64,000 nt of DNA from Styela clava (taxonomy: Eukaryota). Under the pieces are notes generated by a model. It saw nothing but the letters and a program-made list of their open reading frames with translations, had not been told where the DNA came from and did not search any database. Within the stretch, counting starts at the first letter, position 1. Each line of letters opens with the position of its first letter. Location: the NCBI RefSeq assembly GCF_964204865.1, contig NC_135250.1, positions 10,974,001 through 11,038,000 on the forward strand, in the 5' to 3' direction. The position numbers and the translations under genes were made by a program. Positions 53,657 to 64,000 of this stretch are shown one piece after another.

Positions 53657-56093
53657 TCAACAAATGCTGCAAGTATCTTTTTGCACTGGATAATCAAAGT
53701 GGTCATCATCTTCAAGCTTTGGTGTGCCATCTAAAGCTTCAAGTGTGGGTAGCTTCTTGAAGATGCTAAATAATAAAGAATATCATTTTTAGTATAATAG
53801 ACTTATTGCATTTGGCAAGGTTGTAGGTTACCATGAGACTTGCTTGAGCAGTGCTACTTACAATATTTGAAAATATCAACAGTCTAACTAACCTACTAAT
53901 AGATTTTTGGCCTGTGAGCTGCAGTTGACCCATCCCTGTACTAGTGGATACGCCATCACCTTGCATCATGAGTGCTAAGTCTTTACATTTAAATATGGTC
54001 ACCAAGTAGAAGAATGTGTGCCCTCAAGAAAGATATAACAAGCTGAGAAGAACCTACTGTGGTCTGTAGTCAAATGAGTAAGAGATCGGATTCCTGGTGA
54101 GATGAAGTGTCTTGAGACGTTTCAATTTTTCTAGTCCATCATTCGTCTTTATATTATTTTCTGTCATATTGAGGCGTTGTAGAACTTTGGTGGACGGTAG
54201 ATCCTATGGAATTATTAATTAAAATCCATTATAATCAATGAAAAATAATAAAAAACATCGCTAAATGTTGTAAAACATAAACGTACCTTCAATGACGTCA
54301 AGTGATTTGAAGTCAAGTTCAGAACTTTACACATGGGCAATGAAATCCTGCTCAAGTCTCTCAGTTCATCAGAAACAAGATGTAGCTCTACGCATGTCCG
54401 CAGCATTCCGATAACTCTCATGAAATTATTGATTTGAAAGCTGTCCCCAAGATTTTGATATGACAAATTTACAATCTACCAGAATAAAAAAATTGTCACA
54501 TTAAAAATATGTTACTTCTCAAAGAGATGCTTTGGTATTGCTCCGATGTGCTGTCAGGTCCAAAATATGGATGGAACAAAACCATGTTATATTTCAAGGA
54601 CTCACAACAGATATAAGAGTAAAACAAAAAGGGACTTAAAACACAGACAGAATAATCATTTAGTAACTTTTGTTTCTTAAAAAATAATTTTTACTTTGGC
54701 TTCTTCCCAATTTTCATGCTCATCTCTGTGATTTCTCCGGAATTTCAACCAATTTCTATCCATTTTCCTTTTTTTCTTGACACTCTCTTCATCATCACTT
54801 TCACTATCGCTGCTGCTGCTAGATGAAGATGAATTTTCGTCATCTCTATCCGAGGGATACGGTCCTAAATTATATTATTGAAAAATCTGTTAAAATTTCA
54901 AACTCTTTGGTTTATTTATTAGTATACAGGGTATAGCAGAAACTGAATTTTATAACAACGGTTCCTATACTCCCAAAAAACTCATATCTTGTTTGCATTC
55001 AAAAAATGCTTGTAAAATAGTAAAAATAAATAAATTAATGATAGTGTAACAGATGGTATCGCACATTCAGCCGTGTTATAATCATGAATGTGCACAAAAA
55101 CTGGCTCACATATTCAATTGATGTGCATATATTATAAAAATTTCGTCATAATTTACTGTCAATAATATCAATTTTTTATTCCAGCGTGTCATGATTTGTA
55201 TTACAAAAAATAAATGCACTCTCTCTAAAAGTCTACCATATATCAGTGTTGAAATGAATGAATTGAATTATTATAAATTTGAATTATTTGACATATTTGT
55301 AAGTTACCCTTTCTGATTCTAGGATTTTTCAACTCATCAGCATCAATTGTATTGTTCTTTATATCATGCCATACATCATATTTGAATTTTGCACTTGGTA
55401 ACTAAAACATGCGAAAGTGATGAAACACAATGAAAAACAGTTTACCAGATTCAGATATTCATTTTTCGCCACGCAAAAACATTGTACATTTAAACAAATA
55501 GTAAAAATTAAAAAAGATCATTGAAAGAAACAACAAACAATATTTGAACTGCAATAGACGAGGGGCCGCGAAAAGACTATCAAAAGTCATCATGTCAGCG
55601 ACACCAGACCAGTTATACTGAATTGCATTGAAACAATTATAACCGTATAAGGTTCATATTCTAATTCTTTTCAAGTTCTGAAATTCAACCAGTAATAAAA
55701 GTGCCAAAATCAAGCAAGTATTCTTACATCACTGGGTTTTATAAATGCATCTGATCCTTCTCTGTGTTGAGATAAAACTAATGTAGGCACAGCAATTGTC
55801 CCTCTGAAAAACAAAATGTTGAATTAAAGCTTGGAAGGCCTGAGGTGACAAAAAGGCAGTACCGGTATAGAAGATGCATATAGACTAGTAAGTTTAGTTT
55901 AGACTTCGTTTTGGAGGAACCAATTCTAATTGCTGAATTGTCCAACTACCGGTAGTGCCAGAATGCCTAAAGTTTGTTTATTTCACTTTTTATGAAAAAC
56001 ATACCCAAATGAGAAGTATTTTTTCTATTACTGTATTAAAAGTAATCTATGATACATCTAAATTCATGTAATTTCTTACCCTTCTCTTGTCAT
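53657..56093 (-). CDS. Uncharacterised leucine-rich-repeat protein with LRRcap and C-terminal CaaX (~265 aa, 7 exons)
   Basis: Exons 56093-56080, 55803-55728, 55401-55308, 54864-54695, 54475-54287, 54203-54058 and 53765-53657 are all GT-AG and in phase (798 nt). LRRs 'KVLNLTSNHL', 'LQRLNMTENNI' and 'LKTLHLTRNPI'; cap 'YRPHIFKKLPTLEALDG'; ends DTCSIC*. Confidence 0.82.
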
Positions 56094-56787
56094 GTCTTCA
56101 CCGTTTTGTTTCTTTACATATATAGTTTAGTCGAGCAGGATCTGGCCAAACGACAGAAGAACGACGTACGAAGATGAAGATCGACTTGTTTATTTTGGCG
56201 TCCTTTGTCGCCATCGTTTTTATGACATGCATGGCTGCACAAGGGAATACAGGGATGTGATGAAAAATATTGGTTACCTTGGTATGTTAGTCGTTGGTTA
56301 CCTTCATAATTGAAAGTACAAAAAATGGGAATAATGTTGATATTTTTATTTTAACTTCTGAGGTTGAATATAACTGGCGTGCATTTAGTGTTGATAAGAT
56401 AAGTAACCATCGGTCCCATTTACTTACTCTATAAAGTAAACAATGCATACATGTAACGTAAATAGGATAGGATTTACATGAGCCACACCGCACATTCCTG
56501 GATAAGTAAAATTATACTCAATAATGATTAAATATTTTCTGTAGTTAGTCGATAAACATACGGTACTTTTAGCGAGCGTTCGTGGCCTGTGTTAAAAAAA
56601 TTAAACATAAATTACCACCGGATAGCGCTCTCAAATTAAACCCAAAACAGCAGGAAACCGACGTGTTCTTCATTTACGTCATAAACAATATTGCCCCATT
56701 TCTTATGCTGCGTTGGTCGGGTCAGCAGCGTTTCAGGAACAAGTTTTCGCAGGGAAATTTGGTACTAAACAATTACTATTCTGAGGT

Positions 56788-59301
56788 ATGGAAGACGATA
56801 CTAACGGTAGGGGAGAATATAATAATGGAGGGCAACCCAGTGAAATGTCCATGGAGGCGTACGTGTCGACGGTAGGTGCTGGAAGAAACATGTCTTACGA
56901 CAACATGGGTGCACAGAGCGAGTTTGGGGATGATTCAGGAGATCGCAAGAGTTGGTGGGCCGGTTTGAAGAAAGGTGTCCGTGGCCTATGGGGTACTCGT
57001 CACACAGAGGATACCACAAATGATCGTGAATTATACATTCGTACAACCCTTCGTGAATTGATTATTTACGTTTTCTTCTTGGTAACTCTTTGCATCTTAA
57101 CTTTTGGAATGACTAGTTCGACTCATTTTTACTATACAAAAGTGATGCAAGAGCTATTCCTTGACACCCAATTCACAGAAACAACCAACAATTTCCGAGG
57201 TATCACAACAATGCAAGATTTTTGGCGATTTGCAGAAGGGCCATTGATGAATGGATTATATTGGGAAAAATGGTATAACAATCAAAACGTCTCAGAAGAA
57301 GATCTTGGTTATATTTATTATGAGAATAAGCTACTTGGAGTTCCTCGAATGAGACAACTGAAAATTCAAAATGGATCTTGTCAAGTTCACCCAGATTTTC
57401 AGAATGAAATAACTGCATGCTTCGATTCCTATCATGCAGATAAGGAAGATACGACCCCATTCGGAAAAGAAAATGGTACTGCCTGGACTTATCAAACAGA
57501 AGAAGAATTGGATGGATCCTCTCATTGGGGTTTACTTGATGTGACCTATTCTGGAGCAGGATATGTTCAAGATTTGTTTTCAACAAAAGCAGCGTCGTTG
57601 CCCCTCATTGAAGATCTGAAAACTAACTTATGGCTTGATCGTGGAACTCGTGTTGTATTCATTGATTTTTCGGTATACAACGCTAACATCAATCTTTTCT
57701 GTGTCGTTCGCTTGGTTGTTGAATTTCCTGCTACTGGAGGAGCATTGCCATCTTGGCAATTTCGTACTGTAAAATTGATTCGATATGTTTCTACTTACGA
57801 TTATTTCCTCATGGCTTGTGAAATTTTGTATGTGCTATTCATTGTGTACTACATTGTGGAAGAGATTTTGGAAATCAAGCGTCACAAGTGCAAGTACTTT
57901 GGAAGTTTCTGGAATTGTTTGGACATTCTTGTAATTGTCCTTTCCATTATTGCTTTTGCATTCAACATCTATCGGACTGTGAAAGTTGATAGCCTGCTAA
58001 ATGGCCTCCTGGATAATCCTCATATTTATGCTGATTTTGAATTTCTCGCTTTCTGGCAAATGCAATACAACAACATGGTGGCCGTTGTTGTATTTTTTGC
58101 TTGGATCAAGATTTTCAAGTACATCAGTTTTAATCGAACGATGACACAATTGCAATCGACACTTTCACGCTGCTCTAAAGATATTGCTGGATTTGCGATA
58201 ATGTTTTTTATCATATTTTTTGCTTATGCTCAGCTCGGCTATTTGGTTTTCGGAACTCAAGTCAAAGATTTCAGCACTTTTGAGGAAAGTATTTATACTC
58301 AATTTAGAATTGTTCTGGGAGATTTTGATTTCCACGAGCTGGAATCTGCGAATCGTCTTCTTGGGCCAATCTTTTTCCTCACCTATGTCTTCTTTGTATT
58401 CTTCGTTCTGCTCAATATGTTCTTGGCCATCATTAATGATACTTATTCTGAGGTCAAAGCTGAAATATCTGTCCAAAAAAGCGAGTTTGAGATCTCTGAT
58501 TACATCAAGCGTGGATACAACAAAGTTCTGGAAAAGCTTTCATTGAAAAAAGACCGAATTCGTGACATTCAAGACGCCATACAATCTGCTGATTTGAATC
58601 ATGACAGACAACTGGACTGGGAAGAATGGCGATTAGATTTAAAAATGCGTGGAATACCTGACGCCGAAATTGAAGCTGTTTTTGCAAAATACGATCAAGA
58701 TGGTGACATGATACTGAATGAGGATGAACAGAAACGAATGCATGCTGATTTAGAGAAAGAAAAAGCGGATTTGAGTAATGAATTAGATGAAATTGAACGT
58801 GAGAAAACCGCAGCTGGAGGTACTGGAAGTTCATCTTCGCATCGACCACCTTCTGCAAGATCCAAAGTTTCACACGTCAGCGCTGCGGAGTCGGGGGCAG
58901 ACAGTGATGACGACGATGATGATGATGACAACCGCCGTATTGATTCTAAAAATCTCGTTTCTCAAGATGATTTCCAGATATTGACTCGTCGTGTAGACAG
59001 AATGGAACACAGCATCGGATCAATTGTCTCTAAAATCGACGCCGTAATTGTGAAATTGGAAGCAATGGAACGAGCGAAACTGAAACGCAGAGAAACGATG
59101 GGAAAACTTCTTGATAGCATAAACGAAGACAAACCAATGGAACGATATGTGAAAGAAGAATTTGACCAACTCGTATTGGAAACATCACCAAATGAAGAAC
59201 GTCACATGGGACGACCCCAATCTGGTAGATCTACAGCATCAGCGGGTCGTGGGTTAGGCCTTGGCCTTAACCTGGGTGTCAACGACCAAAGTCACGCATG
59301 A
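56788..59301 (+). CDS. PKD2: Polycystin-2 (TRPP channel), single coding exon, 837 aa
   Basis: 'TTLRELIIY', TOP domain '[14 protein letters not shown]', 'WLDRGTR', six TM helices, pore 'VLGDFDF', '[17 protein letters not shown]', EF-hands, acidic cluster and coiled coil '[20 protein letters not shown]'. Confidence 0.97.
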   Translation: MEDDTNGRGEYNNGGQPSEMSMEAYVSTVGAGRNMSYDNMGAQSEFGDDSGDRKSWWAGLKKGVRGLWGTRHTEDTTNDRELYIRTTLRELIIYVFFLVTLCILTFGMTSSTHFYYTKVMQELFLDTQFTETTNNFRGITTMQDFWRFAEGPLMNGLYWEKWYNNQNVSEEDLGYIYYENKLLGVPRMRQLKIQNGSCQVHPDFQNEITACFDSYHADKEDTTPFGKENGTAWTYQTEEELDGSSHWGLLDVTYSGAGYVQDLFSTKAASLPLIEDLKTNLWLDRGTRVVFIDFSVYNANINLFCVVRLVVEFPATGGALPSWQFRTVKLIRYVSTYDYFLMACEILYVLFIVYYIVEEILEIKRHKCKYFGSFWNCLDILVIVLSIIAFAFNIYRTVKVDSLLNGLLDNPHIYADFEFLAFWQMQYNNMVAVVVFFAWIKIFKYISFNRTMTQLQSTLSRCSKDIAGFAIMFFIIFFAYAQLGYLVFGTQVKDFSTFEESIYTQFRIVLGDFDFHELESANRLLGPIFFLTYVFFVFFVLLNMFLAIINDTYSEVKAEISVQKSEFEISDYIKRGYNKVLEKLSLKKDRIRDIQDAIQSADLNHDRQLDWEEWRLDLKMRGIPDAEIEAVFAKYDQDGDMILNEDEQKRMHADLEKEKADLSNELDEIEREKTAAGGTGSSSSHRPPSARSKVSHVSAAESGADSDDDDDDDDNRRIDSKNLVSQDDFQILTRRVDRMEHSIGSIVSKIDAVIVKLEAMERAKLKRRETMGKLLDSINEDKPMERYVKEEFDQLVLETSPNEERHMGRPQSGRSTASAGRGLGLGLNLGVNDQSHA

Positions 59302-61700
59302 AGATTCTCGAGGAAAAAATTTCTTTTGTATATATTTTTTTGTATTTTTCAGTATTGTAACTTTCAGTATTTTGAAAATTTTGTTGTAATCATCAGTATC
59401 CCTCCCTACACGCGAATGATCTTACAAATTTTGTAATGCTTGCATGGCTAACATAAGTTAATACCTGTTGTTAGAAAAATCATTGGATGTTTTCAAATGC
59501 TGATAAACTTAGTTTCCTTTCATTCCTTTCATTAAACCATTCCTGAGTGCAGTTTTTAAGAATTAGTCTCAGTGCAAGACTATTATGATATATTTTTTTT
59601 GTTTTGAGTTTTCTTATAGTTCCAATAGCTAGCTGCTTTTGACAAGTTTCACAAAGAAGAATTTGTTTTCAAATTTTCTGTATATATCTATGTTTATTTG
59701 TTATATGTTTATTAAAATGTAGATCACGTAGACAAAATTATCAAAGTATTTTAAACTTTGTATGAATAAAATTGGAATTTTTTTAAAGTTGCTCATCATG
59801 CAAAGTCTATCACTTGTGATGGAGGATACAAGTTATATTCATAGGTATAAAGAGGATTGTTATAAATTTTACTGTGATAATTTTGTTTATGTGATCTTAA
59901 GTTTTTATCTGTGTTTTCTATTGTTCTAGTATGTGAAAAAATCTGGTTATTGGTAGAATGCTTCAACCAGTCAAGCACTGAAACTTAAATTTCATTTGCG
60001 GCTATGATTAATATATCAAGTTTAGTTTAAAATCCGTTGTTCAGGTTATCTTAATATCCATTCTATTTGTATTGAAAACCTTTTGCATGTGGTGCAGATA
60101 TGTTGTCATACAGTATTTTTTTTTCTGGCTTCCTATATTTCTTTTCAATTTACAAAGGGTAATATTTAGTTTTCATGAATCCTGAATGGCTAAAAGTATT
60201 TGAAATGCGGTTTTAATTAGTTAATTTGCTGACAGCTTCGATATTTCCTAATCCCAATAATATTTTTAAATATTAATTACTAGTGCGGCAAAATCATGAT
60301 AAATGTTTTGTATAAAATTCAATATATATTGTGATTTCATTCATAATCGATTGACACTTTTCAGTTTTTTAATTCCTTGCCCCAAATTCCAACAATTTCT
60401 TTTTCACTGTTTTACATTCGATATCTACCGAATAATTGTGATACAAATTTAATAATTAGAGTTACGGTACATTTTATATTCTTATTGTTTGAAGGTGCTT
60501 TTTTTCTATAGGAGATCATATTTACTTGGTTTAATGGTTCTATTATTTGCCATTACTGACACCTTATTCAATCTTGCACTTGTGCTCCTATTAACCAAAC
60601 TCTGTATATTCTCTAAGGCCCACTGTGAGTTTCCCTATTGTATTATACAAAAATGGTGTAATTTTAGTAAACATTTTGTTTTTTCTTAAACATATCGGGT
60701 TCTAAACATATCGGCTTTGGATCAAAGATGAATGCATCTTATTTAAAACATAACCCATGCTTAGTCAAACTCGTTTTTTTTCATTCTGCATGACCGATAT
60801 ATAACAAAATGTAATTTGAAATGAATGTCTATGTAATTGCGATGTACAATCGATCTGTTTGTAATTGGACTTGTATATTGTACTACTTGTTACTGGCTGC
60901 CATTTTGGTTATTTTTATTTTACCTATGTTTTCAATTTAGCAATAAACTGAAATTTCATTCATTACAATTTTAATATAAGAAATAATTGATCCCTATTTT
61001 TCGTTTTAGAATTATCTCCAAAACAAACATGGTTGCTTCATATTGAATTGTGAAAAGAATTTGACAATAAAATATTTGGTACTGGTCTTTCAGCCTAATC
61101 TTATTCACACTGGCATGCGTACTATTATCTTTTGTTTTGTCTATTTTTGCCTTATTTCTATTTGAAACGAAGATTTTCTGGTCTGAAAATTTCCATATTA
61201 TGGCTATATATATATACATATACTTCTCTAGCACCCCAGTTATAATTTTCTTTTCATGGATTTTGAGCTAAAGCTAGTATGTACTGTGTCTGATTGATAG
61301 CTAATAATCCATTATCAATTTATATAATATATAAACAAAAGAATTTTATAACTGGGTTTATTATATCTCGTTTTTGACATTGCAAATTATTAGAAACTAC
61401 TCGTTGAAATATTTGGTCAAGGATTGCGAACATTAAAATTTATTAATTTTGTTTCTCTCAGTTACAATTATATTTTCTCCATTCATGGCAATAGGATAAT
61501 TAAAACTTTAAGTAGTTTCAATTATCACTTTATCATGTTTGGTACAATAATAAAAGTTTACCCATTACCACAATGGATATTGTCATAATAAGATTTACGG
61601 TCTTATTTGCATTCATTCTTGTAATATATGTGTTTATTTTTCTATGTTGTAGAATTTATTTATTGTCAGTATAAAACGAAAAGATTATTGAGATCAGAGA

Positions 61701-62759
61701 ATGTTAACGAAGTTTGAGACAAAGTCCGCAAGGGTAAAAGGTGAGTAATAATTTTTTTTAAGCGATTGGCTCTTGAAATTATTTAATAGTAGCATTTGAT
61801 TGTATTAGTTAAAACTAATGGACCATGTTTATCTTAGTTTGGGTTCAAAGGTGAAGCAATATCCTAACCCATTTTGTCCCAACGTAACTTAAAACAGAAT
61901 GAAAGAAAACATATCATAAAATTTCTGGCGGGGACTGTTATCTCTTTTTTTGTTCAAAGACTTAAAAAATATTTGTTTTATTATTCTTTAAAAATTGGAT
62001 ATGAAATTGAAATCTTACACTTAAAAGCATGGCTGCATATTTAAAATGTTTTTTTTTTCCTTTCAGGGCTTTCCTTTCACCCGAAACGTCCATGGGTTCT
62101 TGCTTCTCTGCACAGTGGTGTAATTCAACTATGGGACTATCGTATGTGCACGTTGATCGATAAATTTGAAGAGCATGATGGTAAGCATTGAATTTTTTTA
62201 TGCTATTAGGTTAATAATATCTCATTCAGATGGTTGAAAATATTTTTTTGGATATAATTTAATTATTGGTAATGATAAATGTCAAAATATTATTCTTGAC
62301 CAATTTTGTTTTGTTACAATTGAATCAAGCTGAAGATGCTAGTTTTAAACATTTTTCGTACAACCTATCTATATACCTTTTGCTCTGAATAAGGCTTTGC
62401 ACAAGCAGCCACTGTTTGGTAAGGAGTTACTATAGTTTGGAATGACCGAAATCTTTTCAGGACGACATTGCCTACCAAACTTATTCCCCCCTCGGGTGAG
62501 GGAGTGGGAGCATGTTTACGATGCCAACTCAGTTAAGTCTAAGGCTTTAATCATTAGGCCATCACACTCTTACATAGTAAAAATTCTGTCTCATATTACA
62601 AGCAAAAGGCTCGAATGTGCTCAAGGAAAAGATTTCTTTCTTTCATAAAATAGGCTATACTATTATGATTTTGTTTGCTTTACAGGCCCTGTTCGTGGTG
62701 TATGTTTTCATAACCAACAGCCTTTGTTTGTATCTGGCGGAGATGACTATAAAATCAAG
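61701..62759 (+). CDS. COPA: Coatomer subunit alpha, first three coding exons (gene continues beyond the window)
   Basis: Exons 61701-61740, 62067-62180 and 62686-62759 translate to [76 protein letters not shown]. Confidence 0.97.
62372..62568 (-). mobile_element. tRNA-derived SINE in a COPA intron (further fragment ~63135-63180)
   Basis: Shares 'cctttgctctgaa(c/t)aaggc' and 'cagttaagt..aatca(c/t)ta(a/g)gccatc' with the 50460 copy. Confidence 0.55.
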
Positions 62760-63494
62760 GTCATTTTGTTATTTTTTTAATAGTACATTCACAGCTAAAG
62801 ATTATCTGAAAATAGAACTTTAGTTGGAAAACCAATTTTTATCAGTGGCCCAAGGATCCATTGATGATGATCAATCTACAAAATTTAAGTGTTGTAGTCA
62901 AGTACCATATCGGACCTTATGAGGGGCTAAAACTTTTCAACGTTCCATGTTGTATAAAAACATGTTTTTAACATTCAATAGTTTCAGATCTCGAGTAGGC
63001 CTATTTCAAAGTGTCTGTTTTTTTTATTTTTGAAGTATAAAAAATACATAAGGTATGTTATACAATTTTTTTTTCATGTCCAATTCATATAACATGAAAT
63101 TCTTTCACACAACTCTTCTCCCACTCTTTTTTGTACCTATCACTCTGACCAAGGCTTCGTATAAGCAGCCACTGATATCTAATTGCTAAGGAATCAAATG
63201 TTCGTCAAGTGCATAAATGCTTTCTTCAGCTACCGAGATCAAAACATCCTTTATCTTCATACATTTTTCATGTTGTCATCATCTATTCATTGTTATTTAA
63301 TATTGAAATTGGCATTGACGTCACAGGTGCAGACGTGTCCTTTTTTCAATTACGTTCTGAAACTGTTAAATTATTAATATTTTATATTGTTATTATTCAC
63401 AAAATGGACAGAAATTTTTGTTCACTACTTAGACTGACCATTATACCAATTGAATATCCGCGTTCTTTGTATTGAAACATGGGAAGCTTGTAAT

Positions 63495-63815
63495 TTCCAT
63501 GTCACAATACATTATTTATAAACGATAAAAAGTTGTTATAGGAACTGATGAACTTTGTACTACTCTAGTTCGTATTCATACGTAACCATCTTAATTATTC
63601 AAATGAAAAGATATCTCAAAATTATTATTTATTTTTGATTAAGTTCCAACATTCCACCATGTTGCAATACATTATTTATAAAATGTAAAAAGTTGTTATA
63701 GATGCTGATAAACTTCTGACTACCATATTTCTCATCCATACGCAATTATTTTAATTATTCATAAAAAACACATTACAAAATAAATATTAATTAATCTTCG
63801 ATTGAGATCCACCCA
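63495..63815 (+). repeat. Diverged ~160-bp tandem dimer in a COPA intron
   Basis: 'ccatgt..caatacattatttataaa..aaaaagttgttatag' at 63497 and 63657. Confidence 0.75.
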
Positions 63816-64000
63816 CCCCTTTGTAATAATTATTGTTATTGCCTTTCTCCCTAACCATTAGTCCAGTGGTTTCCAAACTTATGGCATTATGAAGCCCGTG
63901 AACAATCTGACTATTATTTGCGGAGCCCCACAACCAATTTATAAAAATTAAAATTATCTATTGAAACTTATAGATTGTGTCATATTTAAATTACTGCCTT

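Noticed and set aside
57203-58984. Antisense and overlapping ORFs within PKD2 (likewise within the GT31, RTCA and transposase genes)
   Set aside because: Shadow ORFs of real coding sequence with no independent features.
59301-61701. PKD2-COPA operon
   Set aside because: The 2.4-kb AT-rich spacer with a poly(A)-signal-like AATAAA (~60943) could hold a 3' UTR and a promoter; there is no direct evidence of polycistronic transcription.

Overview
AT-rich eukaryotic genomic DNA with short GT-AG introns. It is invertebrate-like and plausibly an ascidian/tunicate, but that is inference only. The right third (42.5-64 kb) is a conserved housekeeping block: RTCA (-), CCDC51/MITOK (+), an uncharacterised LRR-LRRcap protein ending in a CaaX box (-), an intronless PKD2 (+) and the 5' exons of COPA (+). 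The left two-thirds is a TE-rich accessory region. Two convergent paralogous GT31 beta-1,3-glycosyltransferase genes (7.3-9.2 kb +; 32.4-34.7 kb -) enclose a collectin gene and four tandem duplicated units of about 3-4 kb. Each unit carries, or once carried, a two-exon gene that the ORF track misses: a signal-peptide exon spliced in phase to an exon made of (APNQPTF)n heptads. One copy is intact, one is diverged, one is an orphan repeat exon and one is destroyed by a multi-layer nested transposon insertion. This orphan secreted heptad-repeat gene family is the best candidate for an undescribed system. Many DNA-transposon derivatives have readable TIRs/TSDs (hAT, Merlin-like, Tc1/mariner, foldback, Helentron-like), and there are tRNA-derived SINEs. 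All coordinates were counted by hand and may be off by a few bases.
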